A stretch of DNA of 64,000 bases from an uncultured Lachnospiraceae bacterium (GTDB lineage Bacteria; Bacillota; Clostridia; Lachnospirales; Lachnospiraceae): positions 1,723 through 65,722 of the forward strand of contig CADBCZ010000009.1 in assembly GCA_902793335.1 (NCBI GenBank). Reading direction: 5' to 3'. Positions 19,641 to 30,069 of the stretch are shown piece by piece. Every line of letters begins with the position of its first letter. The stretch's first letter is position 1. The translations under genes were made by a program, and so were the position numbers. Under the pieces are notes generated by a model. That model was not told where the DNA came from. It did not search any database and saw only the letters and a program-made list of their open reading frames with translations.

Positions 19641-21116
19641 TTAAATAATAATAAAAACCATTCCCCCATTACTGTCATTAATTATCTTTTCCATTGTATC
19701 CTGTAATTTTATCTGTGATTCATCGTTAATTTTATTAGACTTCGAAATAAGACCTTCTTCTACCATCTGTTCGACTGTTTTCCCGAATATATTAATATTC
19801 CACAACGCCTCCGGTGATGTTTTTAATTGCTCCTTCATATTGACCAGAAAATCCTTTGCCTGTTCCTCCGTACCGACAATAGGTGCAATCTCTGTTGATA
19901 CATTTGCTTTTATAAAATGCAGAGAGGGTGCATTGGCTTTAATCTTAATTCCATATTTACTTCCATGTTTTATAAGCTCAGGTTCAGCCAGAGTGATATT
20001 TTCTTTTTCCGGCATTACCAGTCCATATCCCTTCATTTCTACACTATTCATCGCGTCAGCTACCCTTGCGTATTCTTTTCTTCTTCCGGACACATCTTTT
20101 AATAAACGCAAAAACTCATATTCATTATGTATCTCTGAATCCAGCAAATCTGACAACATATCGTAATAGTATTTTTCAGGAATATTAATTTTAAAATCAA
20201 CCGTACCATCCTTCAAGTCAAGATTTGTAACCGAAGCTTCATTTATATACTCACTATCGGCATCCTCAACCTCATAGACATGTTTCATATTAGAAACAGA
20301 CATCATCACATCTTTAGCATAAGTTATAAGAGCCTGCTTTATAGGATTATCATACTCTAAAGTCTCTGCCCATTTAGGAATATAAAATCTTATTTTACTA
20401 ATCGGAAACTCTAACAGGATATATTTAAGTATTGAAATGATATCCTTACTCTTTAACTGATCACAATTAACCGGAAGAACTTTTACTCCATACTGATTAG
20501 TCAATTTATCCGCCATTTCAATAGTCTCCGGACTGGAGGGTTTAATACTGTTTAGTATTACCACAAATGGCTTACCAAGCATTTTCATCTCATCAATTAT
20601 TTCGCTCTCAACAGGAGCAAAATCTTCGCGTTCAATTTCACCAAACGACCCATCACTTGTCATAATAATACCGATAGTCGCATGGTCAGTCATTACTTTC
20701 TTGGTACCGATATGAGCTGCCTTTGCAAATGGTATTTCATAATCATACCAAGGTGTCCTTACCAACCTTTCTTTATCATCTTCAAGATGACCTGTCGCTC
20801 CATCAACCATATAGCCAACACAATCAACTATTCTAACTCTTATGTCAGTTTCGTCATTTAACGAAATTGACGCCGCTTCTTTTGGTATAAACTTTGGTTC
20901 TGTCGTTGTTATCATACGACCGGAGCCGCTTTGTGGAAGTTCGTCAATAGTTCTTTCTTTTTCAGCTCCATCCGGAAGTTTCGGTAATATCAGCGTCTCC
21001 ATAAATCGTTTGATAAATGTAGACTTACCTGTTCTTACCGGTCCAACTACTCCAATGTACATTTCTCCTCCGGTGCGATCCTTTATATCTGCATAAACAT
21101 CAAACTGCTCCCTCAT
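19641..21116 (-). CDS. spoIVA: Stage IV sporulation protein A (spore-coat basement-layer ATPase)
   Basis: 491 aa with the N-terminus ..IYIGVVGPVRTGKSTFIKRFM.. (SpoIVA Walker A context). The length matches, and so does the synteny with gpsA/der seen in Bacillus. Confidence 0.9.
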   Translation of the reverse strand: MREQFDVYADIKDRTGGEMYIGVVGPVRTGKSTFIKRFMETLILPKLPDGAEKERTIDELPQSGSGRMITTTEPKFIPKEAASISLNDETDIRVRIVDCVGYMVDGATGHLEDDKERLVRTPWYDYEIPFAKAAHIGTKKVMTDHATIGIIMTSDGSFGEIEREDFAPVESEIIDEMKMLGKPFVVILNSIKPSSPETIEMADKLTNQYGVKVLPVNCDQLKSKDIISILKYILLEFPISKIRFYIPKWAETLEYDNPIKQALITYAKDVMMSVSNMKHVYEVEDADSEYINEASVTNLDLKDGTVDFKINIPEKYYYDMLSDLLDSEIHNEYEFLRLLKDVSGRRKEYARVADAMNSVEMKGYGLVMPEKENITLAEPELIKHGSKYGIKIKANAPSLHFIKANVSTEIAPIVGTEEQAKDFLVNMKEQLKTSPEALWNINIFGKTVEQMVEEGLISKSNKINDESQIKLQDTMEKIINDSNGGMVFIII

Positions 21117-21229
21117 AATATCCTCCTTTAGATTAATACCATTATCTACAGTAATGGTTATACATTTTCCTAAAAAGAATATATGCGGGAGCAGTCTGTA
21201 TTATTCATATATATTATTATTAAAGCCTT

Positions 21230-22240
21230 TTAATCCCATGTAAGATTGGTAGCTTCCATAGTCTTATCTCTAAGAAGTAATGCTGACGCTTCTTCACGTG
21301 CATTCTCTCCTTCAAACAAGACTCTGTTAACTGCCTCGACTATCGGCATTGAAATGTTGTATTTCTTACTAAGCTCTAATGCTGCCTTTGCAGAATAAAC
21401 TCCTTCTACAACCATCTTAACTTCATCCATTGCCTCATGATAAGTCTTTCCCTGACCTATTAAAAATCCTGCATTTCTGTTTCTTGAATGCTTTGAGGTA
21501 CATGTTACAATAAGATCTCCTATTCCCGAAAGTCCGGCAACAGTTTCAATATTACCACCCATTGTTGTGACAAGTCTGCTCATCTCGGTTATACCTCTTG
21601 TCATCAAAGCAGCTTTAGTGTTGTCACCATAGCCAAGACCATCAACAATCCCGGCAGCTAAAGCTATAACATTTTTCAACGAACCGCCAAGTTCAATACC
21701 GATAACATCAGGACTTGTATATACTCTGAAATAATCATTCATAAATGTGTCCTGAATGATCTCAGCCACTTCTTTTTCTTTAGAACCTGCTACAATCGTA
21801 GTCGGAATTTTTCTTCCTACTTCCTCAGCGTGACTAGGTCCGGATAGAATTCCAACTCTTGCTTTAGGGCACTCCTCATGTATTATTTCAGTCATGGTTT
21901 TATAAGTTTTATCCTCAATACCTTTTGCTACATCAACTATAATTGTACCTTCCTTGATATAAGGAGCTGCTCTATTCATTGTAGATCTCACAAAAGGAGA
22001 TGGTACTGCACATACAATTAATTCCGACCCGTTAATAGCATTTTCGATATCATTAGTAAATTCTATAGCACTTGGAATAATAACACCGGGTAATTTGTCC
22101 CTATGCTCTCTATATTCATTTAGCATGTGAATTTCTTCCTGATCTATTGACCACACTTTTACATTATGACCGTTACCACAAAGAAGAATTGATAGTGCCG
22201 TTCCCCAACTTCCGGCTCCCAAAATAGTTATATTTTTCAT
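21230..22240 (-). CDS. gpsA: NAD(P)H-dependent glycerol-3-phosphate dehydrogenase
   Basis: 336 aa with MKNITILGAGSWGTALS (Rossmann fold) and GxELGGSLKNVIA-type motifs. It is downstream of plsY and der. Confidence 0.92.
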   Translation of the reverse strand: MKNITILGAGSWGTALSILLCGNGHNVKVWSIDQEEIHMLNEYREHRDKLPGVIIPSAIEFTNDIENAINGSELIVCAVPSPFVRSTMNRAAPYIKEGTIIVDVAKGIEDKTYKTMTEIIHEECPKARVGILSGPSHAEEVGRKIPTTIVAGSKEKEVAEIIQDTFMNDYFRVYTSPDVIGIELGGSLKNVIALAAGIVDGLGYGDNTKAALMTRGITEMSRLVTTMGGNIETVAGLSGIGDLIVTCTSKHSRNRNAGFLIGQGKTYHEAMDEVKMVVEGVYSAKAALELSKKYNISMPIVEAVNRVLFEGENAREEASALLLRDKTMEATNLTWD

Positions 22241-22264
22241 AACTTAACCTCCAATCTAATTGTA

Positions 22265-22924
22265 TCAAAACAGTTTGTTTTCCTCACCATTTATCAATCT
22301 AATTATATTAGGTTTATGTCTGTAAAATGCAAGACTTCCAAACATAAATATCACTATACAGCTCTCTACAAACTCAGTTCCTGCCAGAATTTCACCCGTT
22401 GAAGGCTTTGTGATTTTTCCAAATAATCCAAGAGATAAAAATGTCAGAAAAAATAAAGTTACAACAACAAGTGAACCAACAGAAACATATCTTGTTACAG
22501 CAACAGTTATTATAAATGCAACAAGACAGACAACCATGATTCGCCAATCAAGAATTCCAAGAATAACACCGGCTGTGGCAGCTATACCTTTACCACCCTT
22601 AAAGCCCATGTAAAAAGGAAAGTTATGTCCTATTACAACACCAAATCCTGACCATAATATCATAGGAAAAACTATATCAGGAAAGAAATTAACTCCTACA
22701 AATCTTGCAATTATACAAGCAATTGCTGCTTTTAACAGGTCTCCCAAAAAAACGATAAGGCCTGCTTTTTTCCCTAAAACCCTGAGTGCATTAGTAGTTC
22801 CTGCATTTCCACTTCCATGATCTCTTATATCAATACCATGAAGTCTACCATATATATACGAAGTCTGTATGAGTCCCATACAATATCCAAAAAGCAAACA
22901 TATTATTCTTACACCGATATCCAT
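22265..22924 (-). CDS. plsY: Glycerol-3-phosphate acyltransferase PlsY
   Basis: Polytopic protein with the PlsY motifs GSGNAGTTNALR and HNFPFYMGFKGGKG. ATG 22924 has AAGGA upstream; the alternative ATG at 22945 cannot be excluded. Confidence 0.88.
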   Translation of the reverse strand: MDIGVRIICLLFGYCMGLIQTSYIYGRLHGIDIRDHGSGNAGTTNALRVLGKKAGLIVFLGDLLKAAIACIIARFVGVNFFPDIVFPMILWSGFGVVIGHNFPFYMGFKGGKGIAATAGVILGILDWRIMVVCLVAFIITVAVTRYVSVGSLVVVTLFFLTFLSLGLFGKITKPSTGEILAGTEFVESCIVIFMFGSLAFYRHKPNIIRLINGEENKLF

Positions 22925-22954
22925 TAGGTTATATCCTTTCAACATTAATGCTAA

Positions 22955-24280
22955 TTACTTTTCTTTTCTTTCCCTGATAATGAAATGTAACGGAGTCCCT
23001 TTAAATCCAAACGCATCTCTGATTCTGTTTTCAATATATCTCGTATATGAAAAATGTGTAAGACTCTTATCATTAACAAAAATAACAAACGTAGGCGGTT
23101 TAACAGAAACTTCAGTCATGTAGTAAATTCTCAATTTTCTACCCTTATCTGAAGGTGGTTCCTGCATTGCAACAGCTTCTGTAAGTATCTCATTGAGAAC
23201 ACCTGTACCAACTCTCAATGCATGGTTATCAATAACTACATCAATGAGTTCAAAGAGCTTGGGCAATCTCTGTCCTGTTTTTGCGGAAATAAAAATAATT
23301 TCAGCATAAGGCATGAACGAGAGAATTCTTCTGACTTCTTCTGTAAATTTATATACACTCTTGTCATTTTTATCAGGTAAGATATCCCATTTATTAACCG
23401 CAATAATCATACCTTTACCACGTTCATGAGCAATTCCTGCTATCTTAGCATCCTGTTCTGTTACACCTTCAGTAGCATCAATAACCAAAATACATACATC
23501 TGCACGCTCAACAGCAGTAACAGTTCTTATTACAGAAAATCTCTCTATCTCTTCTTTTACCTTACTTTTTCTTCTAAGACCTGCAGTATCAATAAAAACA
23601 TACTCTTTATCATCACGAACGACCGCAGTATCAATAGCATCACGTGTAGTACCGGCTATATCTGATACTATTACACGCTCCTCACCGAGTAGCTTATTAA
23701 TAATAGAGCTCTTACCAACGTTAGGCTTCCCAATTATGGCAATCTTGGGCCTGTCATCATCTTCTTCTGACTTATCTTCCATAACAAAATGAGACACAAC
23801 CTCATCAAGCATATCACCAAGACCTAACTGAGAAGCGGCTGAAATCGGAAAAGGGTCGCCCAGTCCGAGATTATAAAACTCATATACATCAGGCATAAAC
23901 TTGTCAAAATTATCTACTTTATTAACAACCAACACAACCGGCTTATTGCTTCTTCTCAACATATCAGCAACTTTACCGTCCGCATCAACAAGTCCCTGTC
24001 TAACATCAACAAGAAAAATGATAACATCAGCCGTAAGCATAGCAACTTCAGCCTGCTGACGCATGCTTTTTAAAATAATATCATCACTTTCCGGCTCTAT
24101 ACCACCTGTATCTATCATAGTAAAATTATAATCAAGCCAATTGACATCCGCATAAATTCTATCTCTGGTAACTCCCGGAGTATCTTTTACAATAGAAATC
24201 TTAGAACCAGCCAAGACATTGAATAATGTAGATTTTCCAACGTTGGGTCTACCCACTATAGCAACAACCGGTTTACTCAT
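22955..24280 (-). CDS. der: Ribosome-biogenesis GTPase Der (EngA)
   Basis: 441 aa with two tandem GTPase domains (GRPNVGKST.. and GKPNVGKSS..) plus a KH-like C-terminus. Confidence 0.93.
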   Translation of the reverse strand: MSKPVVAIVGRPNVGKSTLFNVLAGSKISIVKDTPGVTRDRIYADVNWLDYNFTMIDTGGIEPESDDIILKSMRQQAEVAMLTADVIIFLVDVRQGLVDADGKVADMLRRSNKPVVLVVNKVDNFDKFMPDVYEFYNLGLGDPFPISAASQLGLGDMLDEVVSHFVMEDKSEEDDDRPKIAIIGKPNVGKSSIINKLLGEERVIVSDIAGTTRDAIDTAVVRDDKEYVFIDTAGLRRKSKVKEEIERFSVIRTVTAVERADVCILVIDATEGVTEQDAKIAGIAHERGKGMIIAVNKWDILPDKNDKSVYKFTEEVRRILSFMPYAEIIFISAKTGQRLPKLFELIDVVIDNHALRVGTGVLNEILTEAVAMQEPPSDKGRKLRIYYMTEVSVKPPTFVIFVNDKSLTHFSYTRYIENRIRDAFGFKGTPLHFIIRERKEK

Positions 24281-24523
24281 CTCTTATCTCCATTCTATAA
24301 TAGTATATTAAAAAAATTTATAATAAATCAACTTTAGTAACTATATAATAAAGCATTGATTTTGTAAAGGTATTTCTCAATAATAAATCTTTTTAAATTA
24401 ATATAATTATTTAATTATCCTTTACACATTTACCAGGTATATGCTAACATTATGAAAGTGCAATGATTTTTTTACACATAATAATATTTATAATAAATTA
24501 TATTAATACAAAGGAGAATAATT

Positions 24524-25624
24524 ATGGCAGGATCATCAATAGGAACAATATTTCGCATTACAACCTGGGGAGAATCTCACGGAAAAGCAATAGGTGTAGT
24601 TATAGACGGCTGTCCTGCAGGTTTATCTCTTTCCGAATCAGATATCCAGCCATATCTTGACAGACGAAAACCCGGGCAATCAAAGTTTTCTACCCCACGT
24701 AAAGAGGACGATGAAATCGAGATATTATCTGGTGTATTTGAGGGAAAAACCACAGGTACTCCTATTTCAATGCTTTTATACAATACTTCTCAACACTCAA
24801 AAGATTATAGTGAAATCGCATCTTACTACCGACCGGGACATGCCGATTTTACTTTCGATGCAAAATATGGTTTTCGTGATTATCGAGGTGGTGGTCGTTC
24901 TTCAGGTCGCGAGACTGCTGCAAGAGTTGCTGCAGGCGCTGTTGCAATCAAAATCTTAGAGCAGCTTGGTATCAGCGTTAATGCATATACACGATCAATC
25001 GGCGATATATGTATAAATCCCGATAATTTCAACATTGAAGAAATCAATAATAATATGCTTTATATGCCTGATGCAGATGCAGCAAATGAAGCAGGCAAGC
25101 TAATCGAAACTGTATCTTTGGACAAAGATTCTATCGGCGGAAGTATTGAGTGTGTAATCCATAACGTTCCAATCGGAATCGGAGATCCCGTTTTTGAAAA
25201 ATTAGATGCTAATCTTGCTAAAGCTATTATGTCAATCGGCGCTGTAAAAGGTGTTGAAATTGGTGATGGAATAAAAGTTTCAACAAAGAAGGGATCAGAA
25301 AATAACGATGCTTTTTGTCTAGATGAAAATAAAGCTGTCACAAAGAAAACCAATCACGCAGGCGGAATTCTTGGTGGAATAAGTGATGGAAGCGATATTA
25401 TTGTACGTGCCGCATTTAAAGCAACACCATCAATATTCAAAGAACAAGATACTGTAAATAAGCATGGCGAAGAAATATCTATAGCCATTAAAGGACGTCA
25501 CGATCCTGTAATTGTCCCGCGTGCAGTTGTAGTTGTTGAGGCAATGACTGCAATTACATTGGTTGACGCTCTTCTATTAAATATGGCGGCAAATATGGAT
25601 AATATAAAAAAATTCTATAAATAA
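24524..25624 (+). CDS. aroC: Chorismate synthase
   Basis: 366 aa with FRITTWGESHGKAIGVVIDGCPAG, GGGRSSGRETA and GRHDPV motifs. AAAGGAGA lies upstream. Confidence 0.93.
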   Translation: MAGSSIGTIFRITTWGESHGKAIGVVIDGCPAGLSLSESDIQPYLDRRKPGQSKFSTPRKEDDEIEILSGVFEGKTTGTPISMLLYNTSQHSKDYSEIASYYRPGHADFTFDAKYGFRDYRGGGRSSGRETAARVAAGAVAIKILEQLGISVNAYTRSIGDICINPDNFNIEEINNNMLYMPDADAANEAGKLIETVSLDKDSIGGSIECVIHNVPIGIGDPVFEKLDANLAKAIMSIGAVKGVEIGDGIKVSTKKGSENNDAFCLDENKAVTKKTNHAGGILGGISDGSDIIVRAAFKATPSIFKEQDTVNKHGEEISIAIKGRHDPVIVPRAVVVVEAMTAITLVDALLLNMAANMDNIKKFYK

Positions 25625-25643
25625 GACTTATCAAAAGTCTTAT
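25621..25643 (+). terminator. Weak hairpin between the convergent aroC and cell-wall-binding genes
   Basis: ATAAGACTT - 5 nt - AAGTCTTAT overlaps the aroC stop. A T-run follows only ~15 nt later. Confidence 0.3.
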
Positions 25644-25678
25644 CTATAGAATTCATTTTTTAATCATTAATATAATAT

Positions 25679-26659
25679 TTATGACTGTTCGGCAATAATA
25701 ATTATATCAAAGTATGTCTTATTTTCTTCAACATGCATACCTATACCAGATATATTATTATTGCTATCTTTTAAGGCATTAATAAATCTGTTATCGATTT
25801 TAATGTTTTCAATTAATTGATCGATTCCATATCCTTCGGTTCCACCATAGGAAAATTCATATCCACCCATACATTTTATTCCACGATTCTGAAGCATGAG
25901 CTCTAATCCATTTCCGTTATCTCTATATCCATTAACAAGCTCTGCTGCTCTAACAGATGCACAAGCCGCAACTTTTTTATTCATCAAAATATCTGTAAAG
26001 CCATTAGATGTTCTGTATTGAGAAATAAAACTATAAACAGGATATAACGTTGTTGCATTCTCATCAACACTTCCATCTGCACTGAAAATGTACGTCACTC
26101 CGTCGATTTCCATAACTGTATCCTTAACTCTTTTTCCTTCTACATCGAGATAGTATCTTTTTTCATTGACAGTTATCATGCCGGTTTTAACCACTCCATC
26201 TTTGTCGGCATAATACCAATCCTCATCAATCTCAAACCATCCAAAAAGCTGTTCAGCTTTTTTGTTGAAATAATAGCGTTTGCCATCATATTCGACAAAA
26301 CCAACCTTAATCTTTCCGTTATCATCTGTTATATAGAATACTTTTTCATTTTTGATAACACCTGTCATTATCACACCATCATCATCGGCATAATAATAAG
26401 CATCTTCATCTTCGATGTATATTTTTCCGGTTTTTAAATAACCATCTTCATCAAAATAATATTTCTTATCATCAATAGTCTCAAAACCAACTGCATCTTC
26501 TCCATTTTCAAGGATATACGATTTTCCCTTCTCATCCTCTTTCCACGCAGCCAATACATTATTATTTATAACAACAATTCCATAGAAAAATATAACTAAT
26601 GCTATCAAAAAAAATGATAGCATTAATACAACATTTTTATTAAAAATCTTTTTTTTCAT
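25679..26659 (-). CDS. Secreted protein with cell-wall/choline-binding repeats (CW_binding_1) and a C-terminal CAP/SCP-like domain
   Basis: Has an N-terminal signal/anchor segment and about 7 repeats of the YYFDEDGYLKTG / YYADKDGVVKTG type. The C-terminal ~120 aa loosely resembles YkwD/CAP domains, and that part of the call is low-confidence. Confidence 0.7.
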   Translation of the reverse strand: MKKKIFNKNVVLMLSFFLIALVIFFYGIVVINNNVLAAWKEDEKGKSYILENGEDAVGFETIDDKKYYFDEDGYLKTGKIYIEDEDAYYYADDDGVIMTGVIKNEKVFYITDDNGKIKVGFVEYDGKRYYFNKKAEQLFGWFEIDEDWYYADKDGVVKTGMITVNEKRYYLDVEGKRVKDTVMEIDGVTYIFSADGSVDENATTLYPVYSFISQYRTSNGFTDILMNKKVAACASVRAAELVNGYRDNGNGLELMLQNRGIKCMGGYEFSYGGTEGYGIDQLIENIKIDNRFINALKDSNNNISGIGMHVEENKTYFDIIIIAEQS

Positions 26660-26665
26660 AACTTA

Positions 26666-27556
26666 TCAAACCTTAGCTCTCGGATGAGCCTTTTCATATA
26701 CTTCTTTCAGTTTAGAATTTGCGTTAGCTTTAACATAAACCTGAGTTGTAGAAATATCAGAATGTCCTAACATTTCCTGAACTGCTCTTAAATCAGCACC
26801 ATTATTAACCAAATGCATAGCAAACGAATGTCTTATGGTATGCGGTGTAATATCCTTCTTGATACCGGCCTTTCCTGAATAAAACTTTATTATTTTCCAA
26901 AAACCCTGCCTGGTCATAGGTGACCCCTGACAATTAGTAAACAGGTATTCCTGATTTTCTGTACATAAAGCAACTCTGGCTGTATTAATATAATCTTCTA
27001 ATGCAATTTTTGTTTCTTTTGTAAAAGGAATAACTCTATCTTTATTACCATCTCTGCATTGAATATAATCTAACGAAAGATTAACATCACTCAATTTCAA
27101 ATTAATAAGCTCAGAAACTCTTATTCCTGTTGCATATAAAAGTTCAAGCATCGCTTTATCTCTAATATCTTTTGGAGCATTACCGCTTGGTTGCTCTAAT
27201 AACAGATTAACTTCTTCTGTAGTAAGAATAACCGGTGCCTTTTTTTCGATTTTAGGAGGTTTCAAAACCTCACTTGGATCCTCACTTATATCTCCTTTTC
27301 TTAAAAGAAACACAAAAAAAGCTTTAATAGAGGCAATGTTTCTAGATACCGTTGCTGTGGACATACCTTGCTTTTCAATCAGTAATACATATGAATTAAG
27401 ATTAGTGCTTGTAATTTTATTAATATCAGTAACCTCTATTGAATTCAAATAGTTATATAACTTATTCAAATCCCTATGGTATGATGCAATAGTATTAGTG
27501 CTGGACTTTTTAACATTTGTTAAGTAATCCACAAACTCGTTTATCTTTTGTAACAT
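26666..27556 (-). CDS. xerD: Tyrosine site-specific recombinase, XerD/XerC family
   Basis: Contains an N-terminal SAM-like domain and the catalytic RHSFA..LLGH..TTQVY motifs (HTIRHSFAMHL, MLGHSDISTTQVYVK). The track start is a TTG, whereas ATG 27556 follows GAGGGG by 7 nt. There is no phage context. In B. subtilis ripX(xerD) lies near spoIIM, as it does here. Confidence 0.8.
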   Translation of the reverse strand: MLQKINEFVDYLTNVKKSSTNTIASYHRDLNKLYNYLNSIEVTDINKITSTNLNSYVLLIEKQGMSTATVSRNIASIKAFFVFLLRKGDISEDPSEVLKPPKIEKKAPVILTTEEVNLLLEQPSGNAPKDIRDKAMLELLYATGIRVSELINLKLSDVNLSLDYIQCRDGNKDRVIPFTKETKIALEDYINTARVALCTENQEYLFTNCQGSPMTRQGFWKIIKFYSGKAGIKKDITPHTIRHSFAMHLVNNGADLRAVQEMLGHSDISTTQVYVKANANSKLKEVYEKAHPRAKV

Positions 27557-27592
27557 TTCATGACCCCTCAATTAAAAATTGTCAGTAGGTTT

Positions 27593-27621
27593 ATTATATA
27601 TGCTAATTTACATAAAATCAA
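27593..27621 (-). promoter_or_regulatory. Candidate sigma-A promoter of xerD
   Basis: Minus strand reads TTGATT - 17 nt - TATAAT. Confidence 0.4.
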
Positions 27622-27724
27622 ACATTATTTTTCCCGAAAAACACTGTATTTATGAGATTACAAGCTTTTTCTACCAACCATGGTGTTTACATAAATATCA
27701 TATACAATATATTGGATTATTTTT

Positions 27725-28243
27725 TTATAAAAATTTTTTTAAAAAAACCTCACAAAACACACCAATACTCATTAAAAATATAATTAACAATATTTTTACA
27801 AAAAAATTAAGATTGTTAATTTTATTTTGATAACAATTACGATTTATTATATATTTACCACCATAGTAAAGACAGATTACATATATAATAAAATGGGGAA
27901 TAAAGAAAGATATAATTAATTTATATGACATCAAACCAAATTGACAAAACAAAGCGCTTGAAACAATGGCATAATATATTCCAAACAAAAACTCAACCAA
28001 AATTATAGATAACTTATAAGAAAACAGAAAAGTAAAAATAATTATCATAATAAAAGAAATCACTCTTTGTCTAATAATATAAAGAGAATAATCACATAAA
28101 TCCATCGAGGCATCTTCTATTTTAAAAATTTGTATTTCTTTATCAAATAAACCTAACAATCTGAATTTCCAAATATATATTATAGTACCACATAATAATC
28201 CAAGTAATATAGGAAAATAAACATGTTTTTTACAAGAAAACAA
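27725..28243 (-). CDS. Small polytopic membrane protein, SpoIIM-like (DUF95-type)
   Basis: 172 aa with a TTG start preceded by GGTGAT. It has 4-5 hydrophobic helices. The segment LFGIYYAIVSSALFCQFGLMSYKLIISFFIPHFIIYVICLYYGG aligns by eye with the B. subtilis SpoIIM core. It neighbours xerD as in Bacillus, and its coding sequence is extremely AT-rich. Confidence 0.45.
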   Translation of the reverse strand: MFSCKKHVYFPILLGLLCGTIIYIWKFRLLGLFDKEIQIFKIEDASMDLCDYSLYIIRQRVISFIMIIIFTFLFSYKLSIILVEFLFGIYYAIVSSALFCQFGLMSYKLIISFFIPHFIIYVICLYYGGKYIINRNCYQNKINNLNFFVKILLIIFLMSIGVFCEVFLKKFL

Positions 28244-28313
28244 ATAAGATCACCAACTTTTCATAATATAATTATATATATTATTTATAAGTAAAAAAAA
28301 TGTTTTTCATTAC

Positions 28314-28347
28314 ACAAAAAGAGTCCGAAATAATATATTTCGGACTC
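28314..28347 (-). terminator. Rho-independent terminator of rny
   Basis: GAGTCCGAAATA / TATTTCGGACTC stem, followed on the minus strand by TTTTTGTG. Confidence 0.75.
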
Positions 28348-28367
28348 AGAACTCGTATCGGTTAACT

Positions 28368-29927
28368 CTATTTAGCGTAATCTGTTACACGGGACTCTCT
28401 GATTATATTAACCTTAATCTGACCAGGATACTTCAATTCATCTTCTATACGTTTTGAAATATCACGAGCCATAAGCACCATGTCAGCATCATTCACCTGC
28501 TCAGGAACAACCATTATACGGATCTCTCTACCTGCCTGAATAGCAAAAGATTTATCAACGCCTTTAAATTCATTGGCAATATCTTCTAACTGTTTTAATC
28601 TTGTTGTATATGTCTCTAATGTCTCTCTTCTTGCTCCAGGACGAGCTGCCGATATAGCATCTGCCGCCTGAACTATACATGCAATAAGAGATTCCGGTTC
28701 AACATCACCATGATGTGCTTCTACTGCATTAATAATAAGTGGTGTTTCTTTATATTTTCTACATAAATCGACACCAATCTGTACATGAGAACCTTCCATT
28801 TCATGATCAACAGATTTTCCAATATCATGCAATAAACCAGCACGTTTAGCCATGCGGACATCCTCGCCGACTTCAGCAGCAATAAGTCCACAGAGCAAAG
28901 AAACCTCCATAGAATGTTTCAATGCGTTCTGACCATAACTGGTACGGAATTTCATCTTACCTAAAAGACGAATAAGTTCAGGATGAACACCTTGAACTCC
29001 CACTTCAAATGTGGCATTCTCGCCTTCCTCACGCATCGTCTGCTCAACTTCTTTTTGAGCTTTCTCGACCATTTCCTCAATTCTTGCAGGATGAATTCTT
29101 CCATCAAGAATCAATTTTTCAAGGGCGATTCTGGCAACCTCTCTTCTAACCGGGTCAAAACTAGATAAAATTACAGCTTCAGGAGTATCATCAATAATTA
29201 AATCAACACCTGTCATAGTTTCAAGAGTTCGTATATTACGTCCCTCTCTACCAATAATTCTACCTTTCATCTCATCATTAGGTAATTGCACCAAAGAAAT
29301 AGTTGTTTCAGCCACATGATCAACCGCACATTTCTGAATTGCGGTAACAACATATTCCTTAGCTTTCTTGCCAGCTTCTTCTTTTGCTCTAGTCTCCATT
29401 TCCTTGACCAGAACAGCAGTTTCATGTTTCACATCATCTTCAACAGTTTTCAATAAATATTCTTTTGCTTGTTCAGAGGTTAATCCAGAGATTCGCTCCA
29501 GTTCCTGTAGTTTCTTTGATTCAAGCTCTTCAACTTTCGCTTTCTGCTTATCCAAGGCTTGTTCTCTAGATGCCAGGTTAGCTTCTTTCTTCTCGATCGC
29601 ATCTGTCTTCTTATCAAGATTCTCTTCTCTGGAAAGTAAACGTTTTTCCATTCTTTGAACCTCGTTACGACGATCCTTGATCTCTTTGTCAAGATCATTC
29701 TTAGTCTTGATCGATTCTTCCTTTGCTTCTAGGAGAATTTCCTTTTTCTTGGCTTCAGCGTTCTTAACAGCTTCATCTATGATCTCTCTCGATCTATCCA
29801 TAGCATCACGATTCTTCTTCTCTACTACATTCTTGCGGTAGTTAGATGCGATGAACCATGTGACAATGACAGCTACGATTAAAATAATAGCAAAAACTAT
29901 AAAGCTTAAAATGCCAATGCTTACCAC
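28368..29927 (-). CDS. rny: Ribonuclease Y
   Basis: 519 aa with an N-terminal TM helix, coiled coil, KH domain ([12 protein letters not shown]) and HD domain (LLHDIGK). It uses a GTG start after AGGAGGTG. Confidence 0.93.
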   Translation of the reverse strand: MVSIGILSFIVFAIILIVAVIVTWFIASNYRKNVVEKKNRDAMDRSREIIDEAVKNAEAKKKEILLEAKEESIKTKNDLDKEIKDRRNEVQRMEKRLLSREENLDKKTDAIEKKEANLASREQALDKQKAKVEELESKKLQELERISGLTSEQAKEYLLKTVEDDVKHETAVLVKEMETRAKEEAGKKAKEYVVTAIQKCAVDHVAETTISLVQLPNDEMKGRIIGREGRNIRTLETMTGVDLIIDDTPEAVILSSFDPVRREVARIALEKLILDGRIHPARIEEMVEKAQKEVEQTMREEGENATFEVGVQGVHPELIRLLGKMKFRTSYGQNALKHSMEVSLLCGLIAAEVGEDVRMAKRAGLLHDIGKSVDHEMEGSHVQIGVDLCRKYKETPLIINAVEAHHGDVEPESLIACIVQAADAISAARPGARRETLETYTTRLKQLEDIANEFKGVDKSFAIQAGREIRIMVVPEQVNDADMVLMARDISKRIEDELKYPGQIKVNIIRESRVTDYAK

Positions 29928-29980
29928 AGGAGCACCTCCTTATTAAATTATAATGCACTTAACATAAGTACAATATATAA

Positions 29981-30009
29981 ATTTTATCTTTTTTTATGTA
30001 ATATGTCAA
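29981..30009 (-). promoter_or_regulatory. Candidate sigma-A promoter of rny
   Basis: Minus strand reads TTGACA - 17 nt - TAAAAT. Confidence 0.5.
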
Positions 30010-30069
30010 GCAAAAGTTATTATTGTCAGTCAATTTGTACCAAGAATATATAAAATTATCTATGTTACA

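Noticed and set aside
21117-21229. A sigma-E-type promoter and a 7-bp inverted repeat (ACCATTA-N7-TAATGGT) upstream of spoIVA.
   Set aside because: CATATA...17 nt...TATAAC only loosely resembles the ATA / CATACA-T sigma-E consensus. I cannot distinguish it from chance in AT-rich DNA, so it is not reported as a feature.
27599-27640. A dif-like XerD arm (TTATGTAAATT versus consensus TTATGTAAACT), with an upstream ..ATAA arm end, lies just upstream of xerD.
   Set aside because: The spacing between the putative XerC-arm end (ATAA) and the XerD arm is 9 nt rather than the required 6. The left arm does not match the consensus, and the segment overlaps a good -35/-10 promoter.
27579-27830. An 83-aa plus-strand ORF in the xerD/SpoIIM-like intergenic region.
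   Set aside because: It is an AT-rich, low-complexity translation with no Shine-Dalgarno sequence. It overlaps the 3' end of the minus-strand membrane gene and the xerD promoter region.
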